A DNA stretch of 64,000 bases from Syntrophales bacterium. GTDB lineage: Bacteria > Desulfobacterota > Syntrophia > Syntrophales > UBA2210. The notes below the pieces were generated by a model, which made no database searches, was not told the origin of the DNA, and worked only from the letters and a program-made list of their open reading frames with translations. Within the stretch, counting starts at the first letter, position 1. The number at the start of each line of letters is the position of its first letter. Positions 30,617 through 38,773 of this stretch are shown here, one piece after another. Location of the stretch: the NCBI GenBank assembly GCA_963662405.2, contig CAXXKT010000001.1, forward strand, positions 928,001 to 992,000, in the 5' to 3' direction. Both the position numbers and the translations under genes were made by a program.

Positions 30617-30910
30617 ATGAAGACCAGCATCATATTCACAGGGACAGGACCCATTCTTATCATGACGTCGTATGATTCATTCACCAATCCGGACTTCGTA
30701 GAAAAGCTGGCGGCCAAGGGAATCAAGAAGTTCATCGCTTCCGAACTGCCCATAGAAAAGGTCGAGGAAGTGTACGGCAAGCATTTCGATATCGTTATGG
30801 GTGACCTACACCAAGCAGACGACCTGCGGGTCCTTGACTACAATGGGCACAATATCTTCCGCAACTTTTCCTTCGCAGAAATGGGGGAACCCATTTACTA
30901 CGAACCGTAA
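30617..30910 (+). CDS. Small conserved-looking hypothetical protein
   Basis: AGGAGG RBS; MKTSIIFTGTGPILIMTSY...KGIKKFIA...LRVLDYNG; upstream of the CoA hydrolase-GNAT gene. Confidence 0.75.
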   Translation: MKTSIIFTGTGPILIMTSYDSFTNPDFVEKLAAKGIKKFIASELPIEKVEEVYGKHFDIVMGDLHQADDLRVLDYNGHNIFRNFSFAEMGEPIYYEP

Positions 30911-31052
30911 TGGAGACGAAAGTGACTTGTTCACCGTTCCGACCCGCGCCAGCGAGGGAAAGCTTCGCGTGTCCGTCGGCCTATCGTTCCACACGCAACG
31001 TGAGCGGTACACGAAAGGTCGGCGCAGCACGCGAAACCGTTCCTCATGAGGT

Positions 31053-32930
31053 ATGTTCATGATCATTGATTGGCCGGTCACCTATCGGAGTAGGCTTACC
31101 ACGGCGGAAGAGGCCCTGAAAAAAATCCCGAAGGGGGGACGGGTATTTACCGGTTCCGCCTGCGGGGAACCGCAGCTTCTGGTGCAGACACTGATCAATA
31201 TCGCGCCCGAATTGAGGGATACGGAGATTATTCACTTTCTCGATCTGGGGAATGCCCCCTATGCCGACGAGCGGTACAACGTCAATTTTCGCCATAATGC
31301 CCTCTTCATCGGGGCAAGCACACGGACGGCGATACAACAGGGCAGGGCAGACTACACGCCTATCTTCCTGTCCGAGATCCCGGCATTGATGCGCACGAAC
31401 CGTATTGAGATCGACGTTGCGCTCATTACCGTTTCACCCCCCGACAATAATGGCTATGTAAGCCTCGGGATCGCCGTTGATATTACCAAAACAGCTGCCG
31501 AAATGGCCCGGTATGTCATTGCGGAGGTCAATCCGCATATGCCCCGGACGCACGGAGACAGTTTTATCCATGTGAGTGATATTGATGCCTTCGTTGAAAA
31601 CGACACACCGCTCCTTGCATTCAGGGGCAAACCACTCGGTGACATCGCAAAAAACATCGGCGAAAATATCTCCGCACTCATTGAGGACGGTTCAACGATT
31701 CAGACGGGCATCGGGAGGATACCCAACGCCGTATTCTCCTATCTTACCAATAAAAAGGATCTGGGGGTCCACACGGAGGCCTTTACCGAGGACATCATCG
31801 ATCTCATCGAAAGCGGCGTGATTACGTGCCGGAAAAAGACCCTCCACCCGGGCAAGATTGTATCGAGTTTCTGTATGGGGACTCAGCACCTGTATGATTA
31901 TGTCCACGATAATCCTCTCTTTGCCTTTTACCCCGCGAGCTACGTCAACAGTCCGTACATCATCGCACAAAACAACAAGATGGTATCGATTAATGCCGCT
32001 TTAACTGTCGATCTGACGGGACAGGTCTGTTCAGACTCTCTGGGGTTCCTCTTTTACAGCGGTATCGGGGGTCAAGTCGATTTCGTCCGCGGGGCCGCCC
32101 TGTCACGTCACGGAAAATCCATCATGACCCTCCCGTCCACCACGGAGGACGGCACCAAATCTCGTATTGTCCCCTACCCGGAACAAGGGAGCGGTGTGGT
32201 CGTGACGAGGGGTGATGTCCACTACGTGGTTACCGAGTACGGAACGGCCTTCATTCACGGCAAATCGATCAGAGACCGGGCGATGGCCCTCATCAATATC
32301 GCCCATCCTGATTTTCGTGAAGAGCTGCTCGAGGCTGCAAAGAAACAGGGATACGTATACAAGGACCAGATAATCCCCGTGGCTCTGTACCCGAAAGAAT
32401 ATGAAATATCCTTTACCGATAAAAAAGGGCAGGAAATATTTTTCAGACCGGCGAAACCTACGGATGAACGGATGATCCAGGATCTGATCTATTCTCTGCC
32501 GAAGCAGGATATCTACACCAGGTTTTTTACCAATCTTATGGCCTTTCCCCATACGGTCGCCATGCCTTTCGCCGCCATCGATTATGACGACAAGATGGCG
32601 ATTATCGGCCTTATCGGCAGGGAAGACGCGGAGGGAAAAGAAAGGGTCGTCGGCGTCGGGCGTTATTACAGAAATCCCACCACGAATTATGCTGAAGTGG
32701 CCTTCACGACCCACAACGAATGGCAGAACAGGGGAATCGGAACATTTCTGCTCCGATTCCTGATCCGCATTGCCCGGGAGAAAAATATCAAAGGATTTAC
32801 GGCGGACGTCCTGGCCAGCAATCCGCATATGATACAGGTATTCACCCATGCCGGGTATCCTGTGACCAGTCATCTTGAACAGGGTGTTCACGAACTCAAG
32901 ATACCCTTCGAAGCCGAATCGCCACAGTAA
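31053..32930 (+). CDS. Acetyl-CoA hydrolase/CoA-transferase fused to a C-terminal GNAT domain
   Basis: GSTIQTGIG, DLGVHTE, GIGGQVDFVRGA and VVTEYG; GNAT region AEVAF...WQNRGIGTFLL. Confidence 0.9.
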   Translation: MFMIIDWPVTYRSRLTTAEEALKKIPKGGRVFTGSACGEPQLLVQTLINIAPELRDTEIIHFLDLGNAPYADERYNVNFRHNALFIGASTRTAIQQGRADYTPIFLSEIPALMRTNRIEIDVALITVSPPDNNGYVSLGIAVDITKTAAEMARYVIAEVNPHMPRTHGDSFIHVSDIDAFVENDTPLLAFRGKPLGDIAKNIGENISALIEDGSTIQTGIGRIPNAVFSYLTNKKDLGVHTEAFTEDIIDLIESGVITCRKKTLHPGKIVSSFCMGTQHLYDYVHDNPLFAFYPASYVNSPYIIAQNNKMVSINAALTVDLTGQVCSDSLGFLFYSGIGGQVDFVRGAALSRHGKSIMTLPSTTEDGTKSRIVPYPEQGSGVVVTRGDVHYVVTEYGTAFIHGKSIRDRAMALINIAHPDFREELLEAAKKQGYVYKDQIIPVALYPKEYEISFTDKKGQEIFFRPAKPTDERMIQDLIYSLPKQDIYTRFFTNLMAFPHTVAMPFAAIDYDDKMAIIGLIGREDAEGKERVVGVGRYYRNPTTNYAEVAFTTHNEWQNRGIGTFLLRFLIRIAREKNIKGFTADVLASNPHMIQVFTHAGYPVTSHLEQGVHELKIPFEAESPQ

Positions 32931-32968
32931 CAAGGAAACAAGGGACTGATCCCGTGTAAAGATACTCG

Positions 32969-33017
32969 AAAAGGAAAACGCAAGAAGCGGTGACGGGCAC
33001 ACCCCGTCACCGCTTCT
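32969..33017. terminator. Strong hairpin, possibly a bidirectional terminator
   Basis: agaagcggtgacggg-cacac-cccgtcaccgcttct (15-bp perfect stem); the minus strand continues tgcgttttcctttt. Confidence 0.75.
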
Positions 33018-33526
33018 ATGTATACTGAAAGGTAGGCGATACATCAGGATACCTCTCAGGTTGCAAGGGGGGGGCGGTGGACGAATAGGAGGGGATTAAG
33101 ATCATCCACCGCCAGGAAAATCAGGGACATAATGTGTAAGTATCAGCGGAATAAGCAACCAGAATCTATCAAATCCATGCCTTCTAAGGAGCAAAACTAC
33201 CTGTGGTCCCTTGCTTTGATTATCCGCAACGGACCTTCTGTGAACGGCTAGTACCGATGCCAGCCCGTTTATCCGGAGCGTGCGCCCCGCTCCAATATAT
33301 ATCGATTCTCCCGGTACCGTGCCGGAGATGCACATGAGAGTGGGGGATTAGGAAAACAAGAGCCATCATGCGAAAACCGCTATCACTTCCTTGAGTTTGT
33401 CTCCCGTCCTAATCCCCCGGGGTAAATGCCGACAAATCTTCAACCTCCTTTACTACCGTCGACTGCTGACAGGCTGTTAATAACTGCGTTGACAACGCCA
33501 TTGAACTTTTCAACGTCAACGTTCAG
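32983..33526 (-). ncRNA. Candidate structured sigma54-dependent non-coding RNA
   Basis: Multiple hairpins, two with G-U pairs favouring the minus strand; upstream -24/-12-like site and tandem UAS; no convincing ORF. Inference only. Confidence 0.35.
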
Positions 33527-33537
33527 GCATTCGTACT

Positions 33538-33552
33538 TCATGAATCATGCCA
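33538..33552 (-). promoter_or_regulatory. Putative sigma54 -24/-12 promoter
   Basis: TGGCATGATTCATGA versus consensus TGGCACGNNNNTTGC (GG-N10-GA variant). Confidence 0.45.
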
Positions 33553-33724
33553 CGGCATGCCCGGCTCCGAACAAAATTGAAAATACAATGTATTTACAGG
33601 ATTTTAGTTGTTCTTTCTCATGGGGAATGGCATGCTTTTGAGGAGAGAGTCGGGATGGTCACAATAACATCACGGCAGAACCGAAATCTAAATTTACATA
33701 TGATATCAATACAGTAGGGCCCAG

Positions 33725-33757
33725 CGTCAAAACGGCACGCATTACGTCATTCTGGCA
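33725..33757. promoter_or_regulatory. Tandem putative enhancer (UAS) sites for a sigma54 activator
   Basis: CGTCA-aaa-CGGCA (33725-33737) and CGTCA-ttc-TGGCA (33745-33757), imperfect dyads with a 20-bp period. Confidence 0.45.
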
Positions 33758-35141
33758 TATCCGCTGCTTCCGCCCATTCTTGCAGCTTTCGCTGCAGCGT
33801 CCTCAGGCCGATCCCGAGGATCCGCGCCGCCTGGGTGCGGTTATTCCCGGTTGCTTCCAAGACATTAAGAATATGGGCTTTTTCTACATCAGCAAGGGGG
33901 ATTAACCTCTCGCCCCCCCCGGGGGATGAAGACTCATCAAACAGTTGATCATGAACGGCGGTGGAGGTGAGGGCTGGCCCCTGTTCCATCAGAACGGACT
34001 TCGCAATGATGCTCTCCAGCTCCCGGACATTCCCGTGAAAGGGCTGTTCGAGAAGATTGCGAGCAAACGCGGGATCGAGGGAATGGATATTTTTGTTGTT
34101 GTTCCGAGCATGTATCTTGAGAAAATGCAGCGCCAGCGGAATGATATCCTTTTTTCGCTCTCTGAGGGGTGGGATCGTAATGTGAAACATGTTGAGGCGA
34201 TAAAAGAGATCCTTCCTGAACCGTTCCTTGTCTATCTCTTCCTTGATGTCCCTGTTGGTGGCCGAGATGATGCGGATATCGATGTCCCGCACCTGGGTGG
34301 TCCCAAGCCGGTAAAACTCCCTCTCTTGTATGACACGGAGCATCTTTCCCTGGAGCGACGGCTCCAGTTCTGCTATCTCGTCGAGGAAGAGCGTCCCCCC
34401 CTTGGCGGCCTCGAAAAAGCCCTTTTTGTCAGCAACGGCGCCGGTGTATGCACCCCGAGTATGACCGAAAAAATCGTCTTCAAAGAGTCCTTTGCTGAAT
34501 GAGGCCATGTTGACCGCGATAAAGGGGCCCTGTGAACGGGCACTCAGATTGTGGATAACCCGGGCAATCATCTCTTTACCGGTCCCTGATTCACCGGTTA
34601 TGACCAGGTTGTAGTCGGTCGGCGCCACGACCTCAACCTGGTGAAACACCATGGCCATGGATGGATCCTCGGCAACGATGTCTTGGAAGGCTGACGGATT
34701 CTGCAGATCGGTAAATCGCTGTCTTCGCTCGAAGAGGGCCAGTTTGTTTTTGAGGTTGTACCGTTCGAGGGCACGGTTGACGGCGATGATAAGGCGCTCA
34801 CTGTTGATCGGCTTGACCAGATAATCATAGGCCCCGAGTTGCATCGCCTGCACCGCCGATGGGACATCATCGACAGCCGTTATGATGATGCACTCAATGG
34901 ACGGGAATTTCTCTTTGATCTGCTGCAGGAGTTGCATCCCCCCCGGTTCGGGCATGATCAGATCCAAGAGAACCAGGTGGAATCGGTTATTCGCGACGGC
35001 ATCCATCACCTGACGGCTATCCGAAATCAGCGCTGGCTCAGGCATACCGGCACTGGCCAAAGCAGCCTTGATGCTGAGAAGCAGGCCCTTGTCATCATCG
35101 ACGGCAAGGATAGTGCTTTTCGTTGAATGCATGGGATCCAT
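33747..35141 (-). CDS. Sigma54-dependent response regulator (NtrC family)
   Basis: REC domain (VDDD, LDLIMP), GESGTGKE, GAYTGA, LFLDEI, LFYRLN, GNVREL and a Fis HTH. Confidence 0.95.
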   Translation of the reverse strand: MDPMHSTKSTILAVDDDKGLLLSIKAALASAGMPEPALISDSRQVMDAVANNRFHLVLLDLIMPEPGGMQLLQQIKEKFPSIECIIITAVDDVPSAVQAMQLGAYDYLVKPINSERLIIAVNRALERYNLKNKLALFERRQRFTDLQNPSAFQDIVAEDPSMAMVFHQVEVVAPTDYNLVITGESGTGKEMIARVIHNLSARSQGPFIAVNMASFSKGLFEDDFFGHTRGAYTGAVADKKGFFEAAKGGTLFLDEIAELEPSLQGKMLRVIQEREFYRLGTTQVRDIDIRIISATNRDIKEEIDKERFRKDLFYRLNMFHITIPPLRERKKDIIPLALHFLKIHARNNNKNIHSLDPAFARNLLEQPFHGNVRELESIIAKSVLMEQGPALTSTAVHDQLFDESSSPGGGERLIPLADVEKAHILNVLEATGNNRTQAARILGIGLRTLQRKLQEWAEAADMPE

Positions 35142-35167
35142 CAGAACTCCTTCAGTCGTGTTGAGGG

Positions 35168-38100
35168 TTATACGTTCACTGCTGGGAAGGTCACGGTAAA
35201 GGTCGTCCCTGCTCCCCGCTTGCTGGCAAAGGTAATCTCTCCACCATGCGCCTGAACGAGATTATAGGTGATGGGAAGGCCAAGACCGGTCCCGCCTTCG
35301 GCCTGGCGGGTGGTAACAAAGGGATCGAACAGTTTGTCGATGATTGCAGGATCGACGCCGGGACCGTTATCGGCAATAGTAACACATGCCTTGCCTCTTC
35401 TTTTCTGAAGACTGGTCGTTATCCTGATTGCGCCGCCGCCATGATCGACCGCCTGGATGGCGTTTATGGCAATATTCATCACGATCTGTTCGATACTCTG
35501 GAGATTCCCCTCTATCTCGGGAGATTTTTTTGCCATTTTCATCTCCAGGGTGATATTTGCTTTCCGCACCGTGGTTTCTATCAACCGGAGGGCATTGTGT
35601 ACAGCCGTATTGATCTCGATTACCGTTTTGTCGGTGATACTTGATTGCTTGGTATAACTCTTGAGGTTGCTCACGGTTTTGGCAACCCGATTTGCCGCCA
35701 TCTCCATGTCGGAGATAAGTTGCGGCAAATTCCCTTTTAAAAAATTACACGTCAACCCTCCATACTTGCGCGTCGGCATCCTCTTTTCTTCCTCTTCCAG
35801 GACAGGTATGACATCCGTCCAGACCTTCTGAAGGAGAGGAAGGTCAAACATGATCTTGTTGACCGGGTTGTTGATCTCATGTGCCACACCGGCCACCAGG
35901 GTCCCCAAGGCTTCCATCTTCTGGGCATGCAGCAGTTGTGCCTCGAGCTGTTCCTTTTCCGCCCCCGCTCGTTTTTGGTCAGTAATATCTTCAATCATAA
36001 CAATAAAATAAAGGGGCTTTGCGTTCTCGTCATATATGACGGAAGCCGTAACACTTGCCCATAGAATCGCTCCATCCTTTCTGAGATATCTTTTTTCCGT
36101 CTTATAATACGGTATCTGTCCTCGCAACAACTGTGCCACTCGTTGCAGATCCTGGTCTATAGAATCGGGGTGAGTGATGTCGACAAAGGTCAGTCCGATC
36201 AGTTCGGCCTCTTCATACCCCAGCATTGCGCAGAGGGTTGCATTGACCCGTTCAAATTTATAACTGAGATTGAGAAAGGCCATCCCGAGCGCCCCTCCCT
36301 CAAAGATCTTCCTGAAACGTTCTTCATTCTCCCGAACCTGCTTTTCAGCCTTCTTTCTTTCGGTAATATCCCGAAACGTCCCCTGCAGGACTTCCTTACC
36401 CTTAATGGGAATAACCTGCGCGAGGATTTCAACGGGTACCAATATCCCATCTCTGCGCCGGATAACCCGTTCATTGACTCGTTTCCCCCGCTTTTGTATA
36501 ACCTTCTCAAACCCTGCCTGCACGTCCGCCTTGAGATATTCAGGATACAGGTGCAGGTGGTTCATCCCGATGATCTCCTCCCGTGGGATCATGACAAGCT
36601 GTGCGGCAGCCGGATTGGCATCGACGATTACTCCCGTGTCGATATCGGCCAGAAAGATGGGATCCGGGGCACCTTCAAAGAGTGCCCGGTACTGTGTTTC
36701 GCTGTTCTGCAGGGCCTCTTCCGCCCTTTTCAGGTCAGTGGTGTCCCGGCCCACCGACTGATATTCTACCAAGACTCCCTGGTCGTCAAAGATACCGTGA
36801 TTGACCCATTCCTGCCACCGGAGCGCTTCATGCCTGTCGATGACCTGATGTTCGTGCCGTACCTCTTGAACCCGAGGGTCCAGCAGTTTCGCGTGGTATT
36901 CCTCAACCTCTCTGCGCTGCCCTTCGGGAATGAACGGCATGAAGCTCTTCCCGATCAATTCCTCCCGATCTTTACCGGTGTATCGGCAGTATGCCTCGTT
37001 GACAAAGGTAAGCCGCCAGTCCGACGTGTACCGACAGATCAGTTCCGCCTGATTTTCAACGACGGCCCGATACCTTTCCTCACTCTCCCGAAGCGCTTCT
37101 TCCGCCTTCCGGCGTTCGGTCACATCCTCCCCATGGACAATGGTAGCGATCAATGCACCACCTGCATCAGCGTAGATATTAGCGGAATTCCACAGCCCGA
37201 CCGCGATCCCACCGTCCCGGTGCCGAATCAAACCCTCCTCGGCATACAGATCTTTCCCCTCTCTCTGGGCCTGTGCGATTCGATTCAATGCCTGAATCCG
37301 GCTGGTATCGGGGTAAAGGACATCCAAAGAGCGACCGCGCATCTCTTCTTCAGTCCTACCGCTCATCCGCTCAAATGCCTCGTTGAAAATGGTCACCGCG
37401 CCATGGTCGTTCAGAACCACAACCGGGGCATTGGCACACCGAATCAGGTTATTCAGGTAATCGGTGGTTTCTCGCAACTCCTTCGTTCGTTTTTGCACCT
37501 CTCTCCGGAGGAGATCGGACCACCGATACACGGCAAGGGATGAAAAAAAACCGGCCACGACAAGAAAGAGAATAATGAAGGCAAAGGTTTGGAAGACCTG
37601 GGCTCCAGCCACTCGAATAATCTTATCCACCTCTTTGACGGGGGCCACCACGGCAACCGACCAGATCTGATCGATCACACGGACGGGGGAATAGGCGATC
37701 AGTTTTTCGATACGTCCCGTCTTCCCTCGGTGCCACCCTGAGACGTAGCGGCCGATCCCCTCGCTCCCCACCATGATTTTCTGCTGGATATCATTGATCG
37801 ATTCGTATGACAGCTCGGGATTGGTTTTCTCCCGTACCCGGAAGGCGTCCTGACCGACAAAGGTATCCACGTTGTGGGCGAGGAAATAGCCGTCCTGATC
37901 CATGAGCCAGGCATATCCCGTCTCCCCCGAGGTGATGGGCGCGATAAAGACGGACGCTATCGACTTGAGGTCGAAGGAGATGACGAGGACACCGGTACAT
38001 TTCTTGGTCTCTCCCGGTATATCTTTGACATAGACCGGCGCGGACATTCTGATGCGCTTTTCGCCGATTTCATTGACGGTTATGCCCGATAATATAACGC

Positions 38101-38566
38101 GCCCTTTTCCCAGTGCCTGCTGAAAATATGCCTCATCGCCGTAATACCCGCCAGCCAAGTCGCCATGCCAGTCATCCGAGGGGTAGATAAATCGCAATAC
38201 CCCCTCCTCATCGAGACGCCGGATGGAGGTCCTCGGAATGAACCCGAGGTACATATTCTGCATATATTCGGGGGCGTTTTCGGTCATGTGCCGGATGACA
38301 CTGACCTGCGTGGCCGATACGAGCGCGGCCTTGACCTCGCTGAAATAGGTCTCAATCCCTGCGGCGGCCGAACGAGCAAGGATCAGCTGGTGTTGATTGA
38401 ACTGTTCGAGGGCCGTGCGCCGGGTGGTCCCGTACGTTCTCATCCCCAAAAAGGCCGTTACACCAACTGCAAAGACGGTAATACCGATAATGGTTATCTG
38501 GATCCACCATGACGGTCGGTCGACACCGTGCTTACCGGCGATCATCTGTTCGTGGGGGTGGCTCAT
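35168..38566 (-). CDS. Sensor histidine kinase (Cache-like periplasmic domain, 4 PAS domains, HisKA/HATPase)
   Basis: Two TM segments, PAS repeats, AHEINNP, NAIQA, DNGPG and GTGLGL. Confidence 0.93.
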   Translation of the reverse strand: MSHPHEQMIAGKHGVDRPSWWIQITIIGITVFAVGVTAFLGMRTYGTTRRTALEQFNQHQLILARSAAAGIETYFSEVKAALVSATQVSVIRHMTENAPEYMQNMYLGFIPRTSIRRLDEEGVLRFIYPSDDWHGDLAGGYYGDEAYFQQALGKGRVILSGITVNEIGEKRIRMSAPVYVKDIPGETKKCTGVLVISFDLKSIASVFIAPITSGETGYAWLMDQDGYFLAHNVDTFVGQDAFRVREKTNPELSYESINDIQQKIMVGSEGIGRYVSGWHRGKTGRIEKLIAYSPVRVIDQIWSVAVVAPVKEVDKIIRVAGAQVFQTFAFIILFLVVAGFFSSLAVYRWSDLLRREVQKRTKELRETTDYLNNLIRCANAPVVVLNDHGAVTIFNEAFERMSGRTEEEMRGRSLDVLYPDTSRIQALNRIAQAQREGKDLYAEEGLIRHRDGGIAVGLWNSANIYADAGGALIATIVHGEDVTERRKAEEALRESEERYRAVVENQAELICRYTSDWRLTFVNEAYCRYTGKDREELIGKSFMPFIPEGQRREVEEYHAKLLDPRVQEVRHEHQVIDRHEALRWQEWVNHGIFDDQGVLVEYQSVGRDTTDLKRAEEALQNSETQYRALFEGAPDPIFLADIDTGVIVDANPAAAQLVMIPREEIIGMNHLHLYPEYLKADVQAGFEKVIQKRGKRVNERVIRRRDGILVPVEILAQVIPIKGKEVLQGTFRDITERKKAEKQVRENEERFRKIFEGGALGMAFLNLSYKFERVNATLCAMLGYEEAELIGLTFVDITHPDSIDQDLQRVAQLLRGQIPYYKTEKRYLRKDGAILWASVTASVIYDENAKPLYFIVMIEDITDQKRAGAEKEQLEAQLLHAQKMEALGTLVAGVAHEINNPVNKIMFDLPLLQKVWTDVIPVLEEEEKRMPTRKYGGLTCNFLKGNLPQLISDMEMAANRVAKTVSNLKSYTKQSSITDKTVIEINTAVHNALRLIETTVRKANITLEMKMAKKSPEIEGNLQSIEQIVMNIAINAIQAVDHGGGAIRITTSLQKRRGKACVTIADNGPGVDPAIIDKLFDPFVTTRQAEGGTGLGLPITYNLVQAHGGEITFASKRGAGTTFTVTFPAVNV

Positions 38567-38773
38567 GCTCTCTCCTGCCCGCCTGACAGCCAGTCTCCCG
38601 CATCCCTTCATGCCACAGGGTACAAAAGGTCATCCATCCTGGCTTAAGTTGTATGATATCTGAATAGAAAAGTTTTCCCCATCATCTTCCCGTTGGTTTC
38701 CTGTATGCTGATATCCGGTGTACTGTCCTGAATCTCGCGCGTTTTTCCGGCGAACAGGCGCTCAGGAAAAGGC

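Noticed and set aside
33020..33062. Glycine riboswitch suggested by ctctcagg
   Set aside because: The other aptamer elements are missing and there is no downstream plus-strand gene.
33102..33335. 77-aa ORF (and the plus-strand 71-aa ORF at 33426-33641)
   Set aside because: No recognisable motifs or convincing RBS; they overlap hairpins and promoter-like elements.
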